Shown in pieces: positions 56,360 to 64,000 of a DNA stretch of 64,000 nt (its first letter is position 1; each line of letters opens with the position of its first letter). The DNA comes from an uncultured Chloroflexia bacterium (lineage in GTDB: Bacteria; Chloroflexota; Limnocylindria; Limnocylindrales; CSP1-4): assembly GCA_963712745.1 (NCBI GenBank), contig CAVQJC010000015.1, positions 1-64,000 of the forward strand, read 5' to 3'. The notes below the pieces were generated by a model. The model had not been told where the DNA came from and ran no database searches. It was given only the letters and a program-made list of their open reading frames with translations. Position numbers and translations under genes: made by a program.

Positions 56360-59300
56360 CTACGGCGCCTTCGCCCCGTCCCGGGCGGAGGCGCCAGCTG
56401 AGTCGGTGGAGGTGGCCACGAGGCCCTGATCGAGCGCCACCCGGGCAGCCTCGGTGCGGGTCGAGACGCCCAGCTTGCCCAGGATGTTGCTGACGTGGAC
56501 CCCGGCCGTGGACTCGCTGATGAAGAGGTTCCCGGCGATCTCGCGGTTGGTGCGGCCGCTGGCCACCTCGGCCAGCACTTCCAGCTCACGCGGCGTGAGC
56601 CCGTAGGCCCGCTCGGGCTCGGGGGCCTCGGACTTGGCCGTGCCGCCCACCCGAGTGCGCATGCGCCGAGCCATGGCCTCGAGATGGTCGAGCAGGGGCA
56701 TCGCACCGAGATCGGTCGCGAGGCGGTGGGCTTCGCGCAACGCGGCCACGGCCGAGTCTCTATCGCCACCAGCCTCGGCGGCCTCGGCCTGGCGCCAGCG
56801 AGCCATGGCGACCCGGAACGGCCGTTCCAGCCCCGCCCAGGCGTCCGCCAGCCGCGACCATTCGGCCACGCTGGCGGTTCCCTCCATGCGGGCGCGCTCA
56901 GCCCGCAGCTGGTCGACCCCGAGGGCCAGCACCTGGCTCAACCGCGCGCCCGGCGTCGAGATCTGGGTGAGCCATCTGGTCGCGATCGCCTCCAGGCGGT
57001 CCATGTCGGCGCGCGCGGTCGCGAGCGCCTCGGTGTCTCCGGCCAGCCGGGCTGTCTTGCCCAGCTCGGCCAGGGGCCACGCGGCCACGCGCGCGACCTC
57101 GAGGAGGCGGATGCTCGCATCCACGTCGCGCAGCAGCTCGATGACCTCCCAGGCGTATTCGAGCGCCTGCGCGTGGTCGCCCCCGAACGCGGCGTGCTCG
57201 ATGCCGCCGATATAGGTCTGGCCATGATTGTCAGTCGGTGGACGCTCAAGGACGAGCTTGCGAGCACGCTCCCACAGCGGCTCGAAGGCCTCGTCTCCGC
57301 GGCAGGCCATCAATTCGAGGACGTACGAGGCTCGGTAGACGTAGGTGCCGTCGGTGTGCCCGGCCAGGCGGTCCGCGCGGGCCAGGATGTCGAGGGCCTC
57401 GCCCCAACGACCGACCTCGAACCCGTAGCTGACCGCCCCGTAGCCGATGTAGGGCCCGTAGCTGTTGGCGACACCCCACTCGGCGGCGACGCGCATGCCC
57501 AGGAGCGCGGTCTCCAGCGCCCGCTCGGGATAGCCGCTGAAGTACTCGATCTCCGGCTTGTTGACATAGGCACGGCCGATGTCGTCGGGGATGCCCAGCT
57601 CGAGCGCGATGTCGATGGCAGCGTCGATGGAGGCGAGGCCCGCCGATGTCTCGCCGAGGCCGGTGAGGACCACGCCGAGTGTGTTGCGGCCATGCCCTTC
57701 GAGGTCGCGGGCGCCGATGGCGACGGCCGCCTCGATGGCCTCCTCGCAGAGTGGCCGGGCCTCCTGCAATCGTTGGTGCAGCATATATACCTGACCCAGT
57801 CCGGCCAGCGCCCTGATGCGCACGGTGGGAGGCTCGGCGGGAGCCGTCTCCAGGGCCTGCTCGTAGGTGCTGATGCTGCCGCCCCAGTCACCCGACACCC
57901 ACTGCGACCTGGCCAACAGGATGAGCAGGCCGGTGCGTCGAGCCGGGTCGGAGTCGCCCAGCTCGCTGATGGCCTCGCGACAAGCGGCCACGCCACGGCG
58001 GAAGTCAGACGCGAGGTAGGCCGCGCGAGCACTGCGCTCGAGGAGTTCCGCGTGATCGATGCCCGATCGCTCGGGCCCGTGGTCGTCCCAGAGCAGGATG
58101 GCCTCGCTGTACTCGTCCGAGGCGATGCCGTAGGAGAACGAGGCCATGGCCGCGTCCCCGGCCGCGATGCAGGCGCCAAGCGCGCGCTGGTCGCGTGCCT
58201 CGCGCCAGTGGAAGGCCGTCCGCACCAGCCAGCCCGCGTCCCCGTCGTCATCGACCGCATGGGCACTCATGTACTCGCCCCAGCTGCGGTGCAGGCGACG
58301 ACGTTCGGTGGGCAGCATGGCGTCGTAGACGACCTCCTGCAGGAGTGCGTGACGGAAGCTGTAGGCATCGTCCCCGTCGACAGCTCGCGTGGTCAACAGG
58401 AGGCCGGCATCAACCAGGACACGGAGGTCCGCGGACGCCCCCTCCTCGTCGCCGGCGATGGCCACCAGGATGTCATGCTCGACCTCGCGACCTCCAACGG
58501 CAGCCACCCCCAGCAGGCGCTGGGCGCTATCGGGGATGGCATCGATGCGTGAGAGAAGCACGTCTCGAAGGGAGGCCGGGAGGGTCTCGTCATATTCAGT
58601 CCGGCAGCACAGCAGCTCCTCCACGAAGAAGGGGTTACCGTCCGCACGCTCGTAGATCTGCGCGACCTCGCGGTCCTGGAGCTCCTCGCCCAGGATGTGG
58701 CTGATGAGCGAGGCCACGTCATCCTCGGCCAGCGGCTCCAGCTCGATACGCTCGACGTTGGCGTCGCGGACGACCTCGGCCAGCCAGCCACGCACGGGGT
58801 GTCTGCGCGTGACCTCGTCGGCCCGGAACGTGGCCACGATGGTGATCGGCTCGTCGTCGATGGCGCGCAGCAGGTACGAGGCTGCCGCCAGCGTGCCGGC
58901 GTCAGCCCAGTGCAGGTCCTCGAGCTGGATGACCAGCGGGCCAGCCTGGGCCAGGCGGCGAAAGAGATCCAGCAGCGCTTCGTAGAGGCGTGTCTGCGCC
59001 CACAGCTCCTGCTCGGGTGCCGCAGCTCCAGAGTCCAGCGCGGGCACCAGCCGGGCGAGGTCGGGAGCTGCCCGGCCCGCCGCCGCGATGACCGCGGCGG
59101 CTCCTTCCTCCGCCACGAGCGCGCGGATGATCTGGGTGAAGGGCGCGAACGGCAGCCCCTCGGTGCCCACGGCCACGCAACCGCCGAGGAGCACGCGCGC
59201 GCCTTGCGCCTCGGCGAGCCGGCGGTTCTCCGCGAGCAGGCGGGTCTTGCCCACGCCGGCCTCACCGCCGATGACGGCATGGCGGGGCTGACCCCGGCCG

Positions 59301-59380
59301 GCTGAAGCGAGTGAGGCCTCGAGCTGTGCCAGGACACCCGATCGGCCGACCAGCACGGGACTGCTCACCCTACGCACCAT
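56360..59380 (-). CDS. AAA-ATPase/TPR/LuxR-family transcriptional regulator
   Basis: GEAGVGKT, EDLHWAD, GNPFFVEE, FRHALLQE and LTPRELEVL...HVSNILGKL motifs. Confidence 0.93.
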   Translation of the reverse strand: MVRRVSSPVLVGRSGVLAQLEASLASAGRGQPRHAVIGGEAGVGKTRLLAENRRLAEAQGARVLLGGCVAVGTEGLPFAPFTQIIRALVAEEGAAAVIAAAGRAAPDLARLVPALDSGAAAPEQELWAQTRLYEALLDLFRRLAQAGPLVIQLEDLHWADAGTLAAASYLLRAIDDEPITIVATFRADEVTRRHPVRGWLAEVVRDANVERIELEPLAEDDVASLISHILGEELQDREVAQIYERADGNPFFVEELLCCRTEYDETLPASLRDVLLSRIDAIPDSAQRLLGVAAVGGREVEHDILVAIAGDEEGASADLRVLVDAGLLLTTRAVDGDDAYSFRHALLQEVVYDAMLPTERRRLHRSWGEYMSAHAVDDDGDAGWLVRTAFHWREARDQRALGACIAAGDAAMASFSYGIASDEYSEAILLWDDHGPERSGIDHAELLERSARAAYLASDFRRGVAACREAISELGDSDPARRTGLLILLARSQWVSGDWGGSISTYEQALETAPAEPPTVRIRALAGLGQVYMLHQRLQEARPLCEEAIEAAVAIGARDLEGHGRNTLGVVLTGLGETSAGLASIDAAIDIALELGIPDDIGRAYVNKPEIEYFSGYPERALETALLGMRVAAEWGVANSYGPYIGYGAVSYGFEVGRWGEALDILARADRLAGHTDGTYVYRASYVLELMACRGDEAFEPLWERARKLVLERPPTDNHGQTYIGGIEHAAFGGDHAQALEYAWEVIELLRDVDASIRLLEVARVAAWPLAELGKTARLAGDTEALATARADMDRLEAIATRWLTQISTPGARLSQVLALGVDQLRAERARMEGTASVAEWSRLADAWAGLERPFRVAMARWRQAEAAEAGGDRDSAVAALREAHRLATDLGAMPLLDHLEAMARRMRTRVGGTAKSEAPEPERAYGLTPRELEVLAEVASGRTNREIAGNLFISESTAGVHVSNILGKLGVSTRTEAARVALDQGLVATSTDSAGASARDGAKAP

Positions 59381-59450
59381 GGCACCGATCATAAGGGTCA
59401 TCTGCGGACGAACGTGAGGTGGTCGATCTGGACGGTACGAACGGGTATTG

Positions 59451-59636
59451 CTAGGAGACGGCCACGCGACCGCGGAGCAGGCCGAGGCCGAGGCCGAGCC
59501 ACGTGCGTCGCGGCCTGGCGCTGCGCGAACGAGTGCGAGCCTGGTCGGCGGCGCGAGCCGTGCGATGGCGGTCGGCCTCGGCCCGCAGAGCGGCCTGGCG
59601 GTCGTTGGCGAGGAAGCTCATCTGGAAGTCGTTCAT
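59451..59636 (-). CDS. small Arg-rich hypothetical protein
   Basis: MNDFQMSFLANDRQAALRAEADRHR...; AGGA RBS; co-oriented upstream of the LuxR gene. Confidence 0.6.
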   Translation of the reverse strand: MNDFQMSFLANDRQAALRAEADRHRTARAADQARTRSRSARPRRTWLGLGLGLLRGRVAVS

Positions 59637-59694
59637 CGGTCCGTCCTGTCGGCTGCTCCGCGGCTGGGTCGTCGCGTCTGGACCAGACGATGCG

Positions 59695-59733
59695 TCTAAA
59701 GGGTCGGCCCGCACATCAGCAGAACCCTTTAGA
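59695..59733. promoter_or_regulatory. 10-bp inverted repeat, candidate regulator site
   Basis: TCTAAAGGGT-N19-ACCCTTTAGA. Confidence 0.45.
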
Positions 59734-59782
59734 TAGGCCGCTGCAGGCCTTCATTTCGGACTGGCACAGCCTTGGGCCGCGC

Positions 59783-61315
59783 TCAGGGATCGACAGGGGA
59801 CTCGGGCTCGCGGCTCGTCGACGGGCCCGGGCTGTCGGTCGGCTCCGGGCTGTCGGTCGGCTCCGGGCTTGGCGAAGGCTGGGGCGGGTCCTCGGTCGTC
59901 AAGACAGCCTGTAGCATCGGGCTGCCCAGGCGCGAGGCGCGTTTGCCATCCGGGTCCCGTGCGTCGAACAGGAGCGCCCACTCCCCTCCCGGCGCCGGGG
60001 CCGGGACATCGATACTGAGCACCGCGCTCTTTCCCGGCGGCAGCCGCGGGATGAGGACCGAACCCGCCGGGGTGCCCTTGTCGATCCGCCCCACGTACCA
60101 GTCCTCGGCCGGCTGGGTCCACACGCCGAGCCTCCAGTCGCGGAGTGCCGCGTTGCCCTGGTTTCGCACCTCGACCTGGAAGGTCGCCGTCTCTCCGGCC
60201 ACGATGGGACCGTCGGGAGCCGCCACGAGCTGGTAGCCCGGGTGCACGGCGCGGCGTTCGAGGTACTTGCCGATGGCGTCGTAGTAGGCGTCGGCCATGG
60301 CCGCGCGCACATTCGGGCGGCGCAGGAGCCTGAGCTCCCGCTCGTTCGAGAGGAACATGCCCTCGCTGAGCACGGCCGGCATCTGGGTCGGTCGTCGCAG
60401 GCGGGGCGGGTCGAAGCCTCGCAGCACGAAGTAGGGATAGATGAGCACACCGTGGTCGTGCGGCTCCCAAGTGCCCGGCACGGCCGCCCTCAGGGCCTTG
60501 ACCATGGCGCCCTGGATGATGCCCGCGAGTCGGGCTGAGCGGGCACTGAACGGGCGCTCGTCGTAGTAGAACGTGGAAGGCCCGCCCACCGAGGGGTTCA
60601 CCGCGATGTTGTTGTGGATCGAGATGTACAGGTCCGCCCTTGCCGGATTGGCCAGGTCCGGTCGAGCTGCCAGCTCGTCGGTCGAATCGACGATGCCGTC
60701 GCCGCTGCGGTCCTGGGGCGGCTCGTTGACGTGGTCGTCGGTGGTGCGGGTGATGACCACGTTGACCCCCGCACCCTCGAGCATGCGCGCCAGGCGCAGG
60801 CCGATGTCGAGGTTGATGTCGGCCTCGCGCGTGCCGTCGGCGCCGACCGCCCCGTCGTACGTGCCACCGTGGCCGGGATCGACCGCGACCGTGATGAAGT
60901 CGGGGCGCCGGGGGTAGATGGCACGGTCGGCGACGGTGACCCAGGCCTCGGAGCGCTCGGTGATGTCGCCCGCAGTCGCGCTGGCGACGATGCGATAGGC
61001 GCCGTCGGGAACCCGATCCCCGGACTTGTCACGCGCATGCCAGGAACGCTCGACCGCGCCGGCCGCGCGGCGGCCCTCGAACAGCTCCCGGACCAGGCGA
61101 CCGTCGAAGTCGGTCACCCGCAGGCGCAGGTCGGCCGGCTCGCGCAGTGTGACCACAGCTTCGATGGGATCGCCTTCACCGACCACGTACGGCGAGCCTC
61201 GCACCGTCAGGTCCACCAGGGGCCCGTCCTGGGCGGAGGACGTGACGACGGCCAGGGGCACGAGCAGAAGCCCGACGAACGCGGCGACCGTGAGACGGGG
61301 GGCGAGGGTGCGCAT
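59783..61315 (-). CDS. N-acetylmuramoyl-L-alanine amidase (Amidase_3) with FlgD-Ig-like N-terminal domain
   Basis: Signal peptide; W..RD..G..VPDGAY, VDPGHGG, EADINL, ISIHNN and VLSEG.FLSN motifs. Confidence 0.9.
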   Translation of the reverse strand: MRTLAPRLTVAAFVGLLLVPLAVVTSSAQDGPLVDLTVRGSPYVVGEGDPIEAVVTLREPADLRLRVTDFDGRLVRELFEGRRAAGAVERSWHARDKSGDRVPDGAYRIVASATAGDITERSEAWVTVADRAIYPRRPDFITVAVDPGHGGTYDGAVGADGTREADINLDIGLRLARMLEGAGVNVVITRTTDDHVNEPPQDRSGDGIVDSTDELAARPDLANPARADLYISIHNNIAVNPSVGGPSTFYYDERPFSARSARLAGIIQGAMVKALRAAVPGTWEPHDHGVLIYPYFVLRGFDPPRLRRPTQMPAVLSEGMFLSNERELRLLRRPNVRAAMADAYYDAIGKYLERRAVHPGYQLVAAPDGPIVAGETATFQVEVRNQGNAALRDWRLGVWTQPAEDWYVGRIDKGTPAGSVLIPRLPPGKSAVLSIDVPAPAPGGEWALLFDARDPDGKRASRLGSPMLQAVLTTEDPPQPSPSPEPTDSPEPTDSPGPSTSREPESPVDP

Positions 61316-61420
61316 GCGTACAGGATGCCAGCGATCGCGGTGCCGGATGGCCCTACCGGCCCAAGGGCCTCGTGTCTATCATCAAGGCCTCGACTGCCGA
61401 GTACGACAGAGGAGGGTTCG

Positions 61421-61624
61421 ATGACCACCGCGACCGTTGGCGACCGCATCACCGTGGACTCGCAGAAGGCCGGCGAACCGCCGCGCCAGGGCACAGTCCT
61501 GGAGATCATCGAGCACGAGTACGGCACCAGCTACCGCGTAGCCTGGGATGACGGACACGAGTCGACCTTCCGGCCGACCGCCGGCACGCTTCACACCGAC
61601 GAAGCAGGCGAGGAGTCCGAATAG
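61421..61624 (+). CDS. DUF1918 domain protein
   Basis: ATVGDRI.V, R.G.VLE, YRVAWDDGHES.F.P; GAGGAGG RBS. Confidence 0.88.
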   Translation: MTTATVGDRITVDSQKAGEPPRQGTVLEIIEHEYGTSYRVAWDDGHESTFRPTAGTLHTDEAGEESE

Positions 61625-61631
61625 CCCATCT

Positions 61632-61692
61632 CGCCACGGGCTGGGGGCCGCGCCACGGGCTGGGGGCCGCGCCACGGGCTGGGGGCCGCGCC
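61632..61692. repeat. 3x 19-bp tandem repeat
   Basis: CGCCACGGGCTGGGGGCCG repeated. Confidence 0.9.
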
Positions 61693-61922
61693 GGGCATAG
61701 GTCCGCGCCGCTCTGGTCTACTTGCCCGGTGACGAGATCGACGGCTCCGTCCTGCAGGACACCGTCGAGAGCACGTAACTGGTCTTCCACTCGCGCCTGC
61801 GCAACATCCAGCAAGCCTCCGCCTGTGAGTGCGATGCGTGCCAGCGAATCCCCTCACAGCCGGTCGGACGCTGATCCGGACGCTACGATCGAGGCAAGCG
61901 CACACCTGAGGAGGTTCGAGCT

Positions 61923-63116
61923 GTGAAGCAGCACAAGGTTTCCCTGCTGGGCACCGGGCTCATCGGTGACTTCTACACGATGACGCTGCACGGTCAGCGC
62001 AGTCGCGACCGAGTCCAGGTCGTCTACTCCCGCTCCGATGAGCGCGGCCAGGCCTTCAAGGCCCGCCACGGTGTGCCCGAGTCCACGACCGACATGATGG
62101 CCGCCATCGAGCACCCCGACACCGACACGGTCATCGTGGCCCTGCCCAACTTCCTGCATGAGGAAGCGGTGACGGCGGCGGCGAAAGCAGGCAAGGCCGT
62201 GCTCGTGACCAAGCCGCTCGGGCGCAATGCGGGCGAGGCCAAGCGCATGCTCCACGCGGTCGAGAAGGCCGGTGTCTTCCACGGCTACCTCGAGGATCTC
62301 GTGTACTCGCCCAAGTCGCTCAAGGCCATGAAGTCGGCGCAGGACGGGGCCCTCGGCGACGTCACCTGGGTCCGCGCACGCGAGGCACACCCCGGCCCGC
62401 ACTCGGCCTGGTTCTGGGACCACCGACTCACCGGCGGCGGCGCCATCATCGACCTCGGCTGCCACTGCATCGAGATCGGTCGTGTCTTCGTGGGCAAGGA
62501 CAACCGTCCGCTGGAGGTCATGTGCCAGACGGATACGCTGGTCCACCCCATCGATGCCGAGGACAACGCCATCGCCTTGGTGCGCTACGAGTCGGGTGCC
62601 ATCGGCCAGTTCGAGGTGAGCTGGACGTTCCGTGGCGGCATGGATCTGCGGACCGAGGTGGCCGGCACCGGGGGGACCGTCTGGATCAACAACTTCCTGC
62701 GCACCGGCTTCGAGATGTTCACGGCCGGTGAGGGCGAGAAGGGCTACGTGGCCGAGAAGGCCGAGACCGACGCAGGCTGGCTGTTCCCAGTCGGGGACGA
62801 GGTGTCCGAGCTGGGTTACACCGACATGTTCAGCGACATGTTCGACGCCATGGACGAGGGCCGCGAGCCGATGGAGACCTTGTACGACGGCTACGTCGTC
62901 AACGCCATCATGGACGCCTGCTACCGCTCCGCGGGAAGCCGGGCCTGGGAGCCGGTCGAACTCGACTGGCGCGGCGGCAAGACCGAGCCGATCGCCAAGG
63001 AGCCCGAGATGTACGAGGGCCTCGTGGTCATCAAGCGCGAGCTGCTGCCCGACGGGCGCTCCAAGCTCATCCTCAAGGACCCCAAGAGCGGCGACTTCAG
63101 CGACCGCGTGGCGTAG
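61923..63116 (+). CDS. Gfo/Idh/MocA-family oxidoreductase
   Basis: GTGLIG, ALPNFLH, TKPL and [11 protein letters not shown] motifs. Confidence 0.92.
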   Translation: MKQHKVSLLGTGLIGDFYTMTLHGQRSRDRVQVVYSRSDERGQAFKARHGVPESTTDMMAAIEHPDTDTVIVALPNFLHEEAVTAAAKAGKAVLVTKPLGRNAGEAKRMLHAVEKAGVFHGYLEDLVYSPKSLKAMKSAQDGALGDVTWVRAREAHPGPHSAWFWDHRLTGGGAIIDLGCHCIEIGRVFVGKDNRPLEVMCQTDTLVHPIDAEDNAIALVRYESGAIGQFEVSWTFRGGMDLRTEVAGTGGTVWINNFLRTGFEMFTAGEGEKGYVAEKAETDAGWLFPVGDEVSELGYTDMFSDMFDAMDEGREPMETLYDGYVVNAIMDACYRSAGSRAWEPVELDWRGGKTEPIAKEPEMYEGLVVIKRELLPDGRSKLILKDPKSGDFSDRVA

Positions 63117-63239
63117 GTCCTCGTCCCGGCCGTCGTGCCACTCCATGGAACCATCTGGGCCCTAGGTCGGGGTCATACCCTATAGAGGCACCCCATCCGA
63201 TGGTGCCTGCGCCGCAGGCCACGGGCGGCGGTGAGGGTG

Positions 63240-63791
63240 ATGGACGCAGAGCTGGTCGTTCGCGCGCAGGAAGGTGACGAGGCAGCGTTCGCTGCCATCA
63301 CCTCAGCCGTGTACGGGCATCTCCAGCAGGTCGCCTACCGTGTGTTGCGTGACCCACAGCTGGCCGAGGATGCAACCCAGCTGGCGCTCGTGCGCATCTG
63401 GCGCAAGCTGCCGCGGCTGCGCGATCCAGCCAGCTTCGAGGCATGGTGCTATCGCTTCCTCGTCAACGCCTGTGCGGACGAGGCCCGGCAGTCCCACCGG
63501 CAGCTGCCGCACTCGCTGACGACGGTGGAGCCCACGACACCCGACGAGATGGGGCGGATCGACGACCGGGATCTCCTGGAGCGGGCCTTCGGACGGCTCT
63601 CGGTCGACCACCGGGCAGTCATCGTGCTACATCACTACCTCGACCTCACGCTCGAGTCCACGGCCGAGGCACTGGGCATCTCCGTGGGCACGGCCAAGTC
63701 CCGTCTCAACCGCGGCATGAGCAGGCTTCGCATGGCCATGGGCGTGGACGTCCCCGACCGCACTCGCGCTCCGGAGGGAGTGACGAGATGA
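63240..63791 (+). CDS. ECF RNA polymerase sigma factor
   Basis: AEDATQ, LRDPASFEAW, GTAKSRL; paralog of 45927-46520. Confidence 0.93.
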   Translation: MDAELVVRAQEGDEAAFAAITSAVYGHLQQVAYRVLRDPQLAEDATQLALVRIWRKLPRLRDPASFEAWCYRFLVNACADEARQSHRQLPHSLTTVEPTTPDEMGRIDDRDLLERAFGRLSVDHRAVIVLHHYLDLTLESTAEALGISVGTAKSRLNRGMSRLRMAMGVDVPDRTRAPEGVTR

Positions 63792-64000
63792 ACGGCTCGA
63801 ACGACATCACGCCGAAGCTGCGCTCCTGGCTCAAGGAGCCGGTGACACTGCGCGAGGACGGCGTGGACAAGGTTCTCGAGCTGGTGCACGAGACACGACA
63901 GCGGCGCGGCTGGTTGTCCCCGCTTCCGGAGGGCCGGCTGGGGCGTGTGCTGGTCTTCGCAGGAGGCGCCGCCACCGGGCTGGTCGCGGTCCTCCTCGGC
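63788..64000 (+). CDS. putative anti-sigma factor (partial, runs off the window)
   Basis: ATGA overlap with sigma; MNGSND...RSWLKE...HETRQRRGW followed by a TM segment. Confidence 0.7.
   Translation, partial: MNGSNDITPKLRSWLKEPVTLREDGVDKVLELVHETRQRRGWLSPLPEGRLGRVLVFAGGAATGLVAVLLG

Noticed and set aside
56495-58552. Long antisense ORFs (also 20372-22030, 28529-29986, 40831-42714)
   Set aside because: Shadow ORFs opposite well-supported genes, expected at this GC content.

Overview
High-GC bacterial chromosomal window; gene content and style suggest Chloroflexota (Limnocylindria-like) or an actinobacterium (inference only). It carries: an allFGH-like (fdrA/ylbE/ylbF) locus behind a BMP-family nucleoside/purine ABC transporter; a ~9.5 kb block bracketed by two degenerate tRNA-Gly 3'-half remnants (MalT/LuxR regulator, CMD-like protein, PPK2, an atypical P-type ATPase lacking canonical Ca2+-site residues, two DUF1269-like proteins, TMEM175); fetAB-like ABC, Fur-family regulator, TetR, cold-shock protein, cydABDC, feoAB plus a FeoC-like gene, a two-component system, an ADP-ribosylglycohydrolase-phosphatase fusion, two ECF sigma/anti-sigma pairs, an frcBCA-like sugar ABC, a Phd-VapC toxin-antitoxin pair, an AAA-LuxR regulator and an amidase. 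The most unusual signals are: (1) an HTH + PD-(D/E)XK-like nuclease gene (33884-34537) embedded in inverted arrays of TGCAC-N3-GTGCA palindromes, a REP/RAYT-like but non-HUH candidate element; (2) a 772-bp direct repeat that gives an anti-sigma factor and a secreted protein identical extracellular domains; (3) the tRNA-remnant-bounded ion/polyphosphate island. Several single-base (+1) frameshifts are probably sequencing or assembly errors. All calls come from manual motif recognition; no database searches were run.
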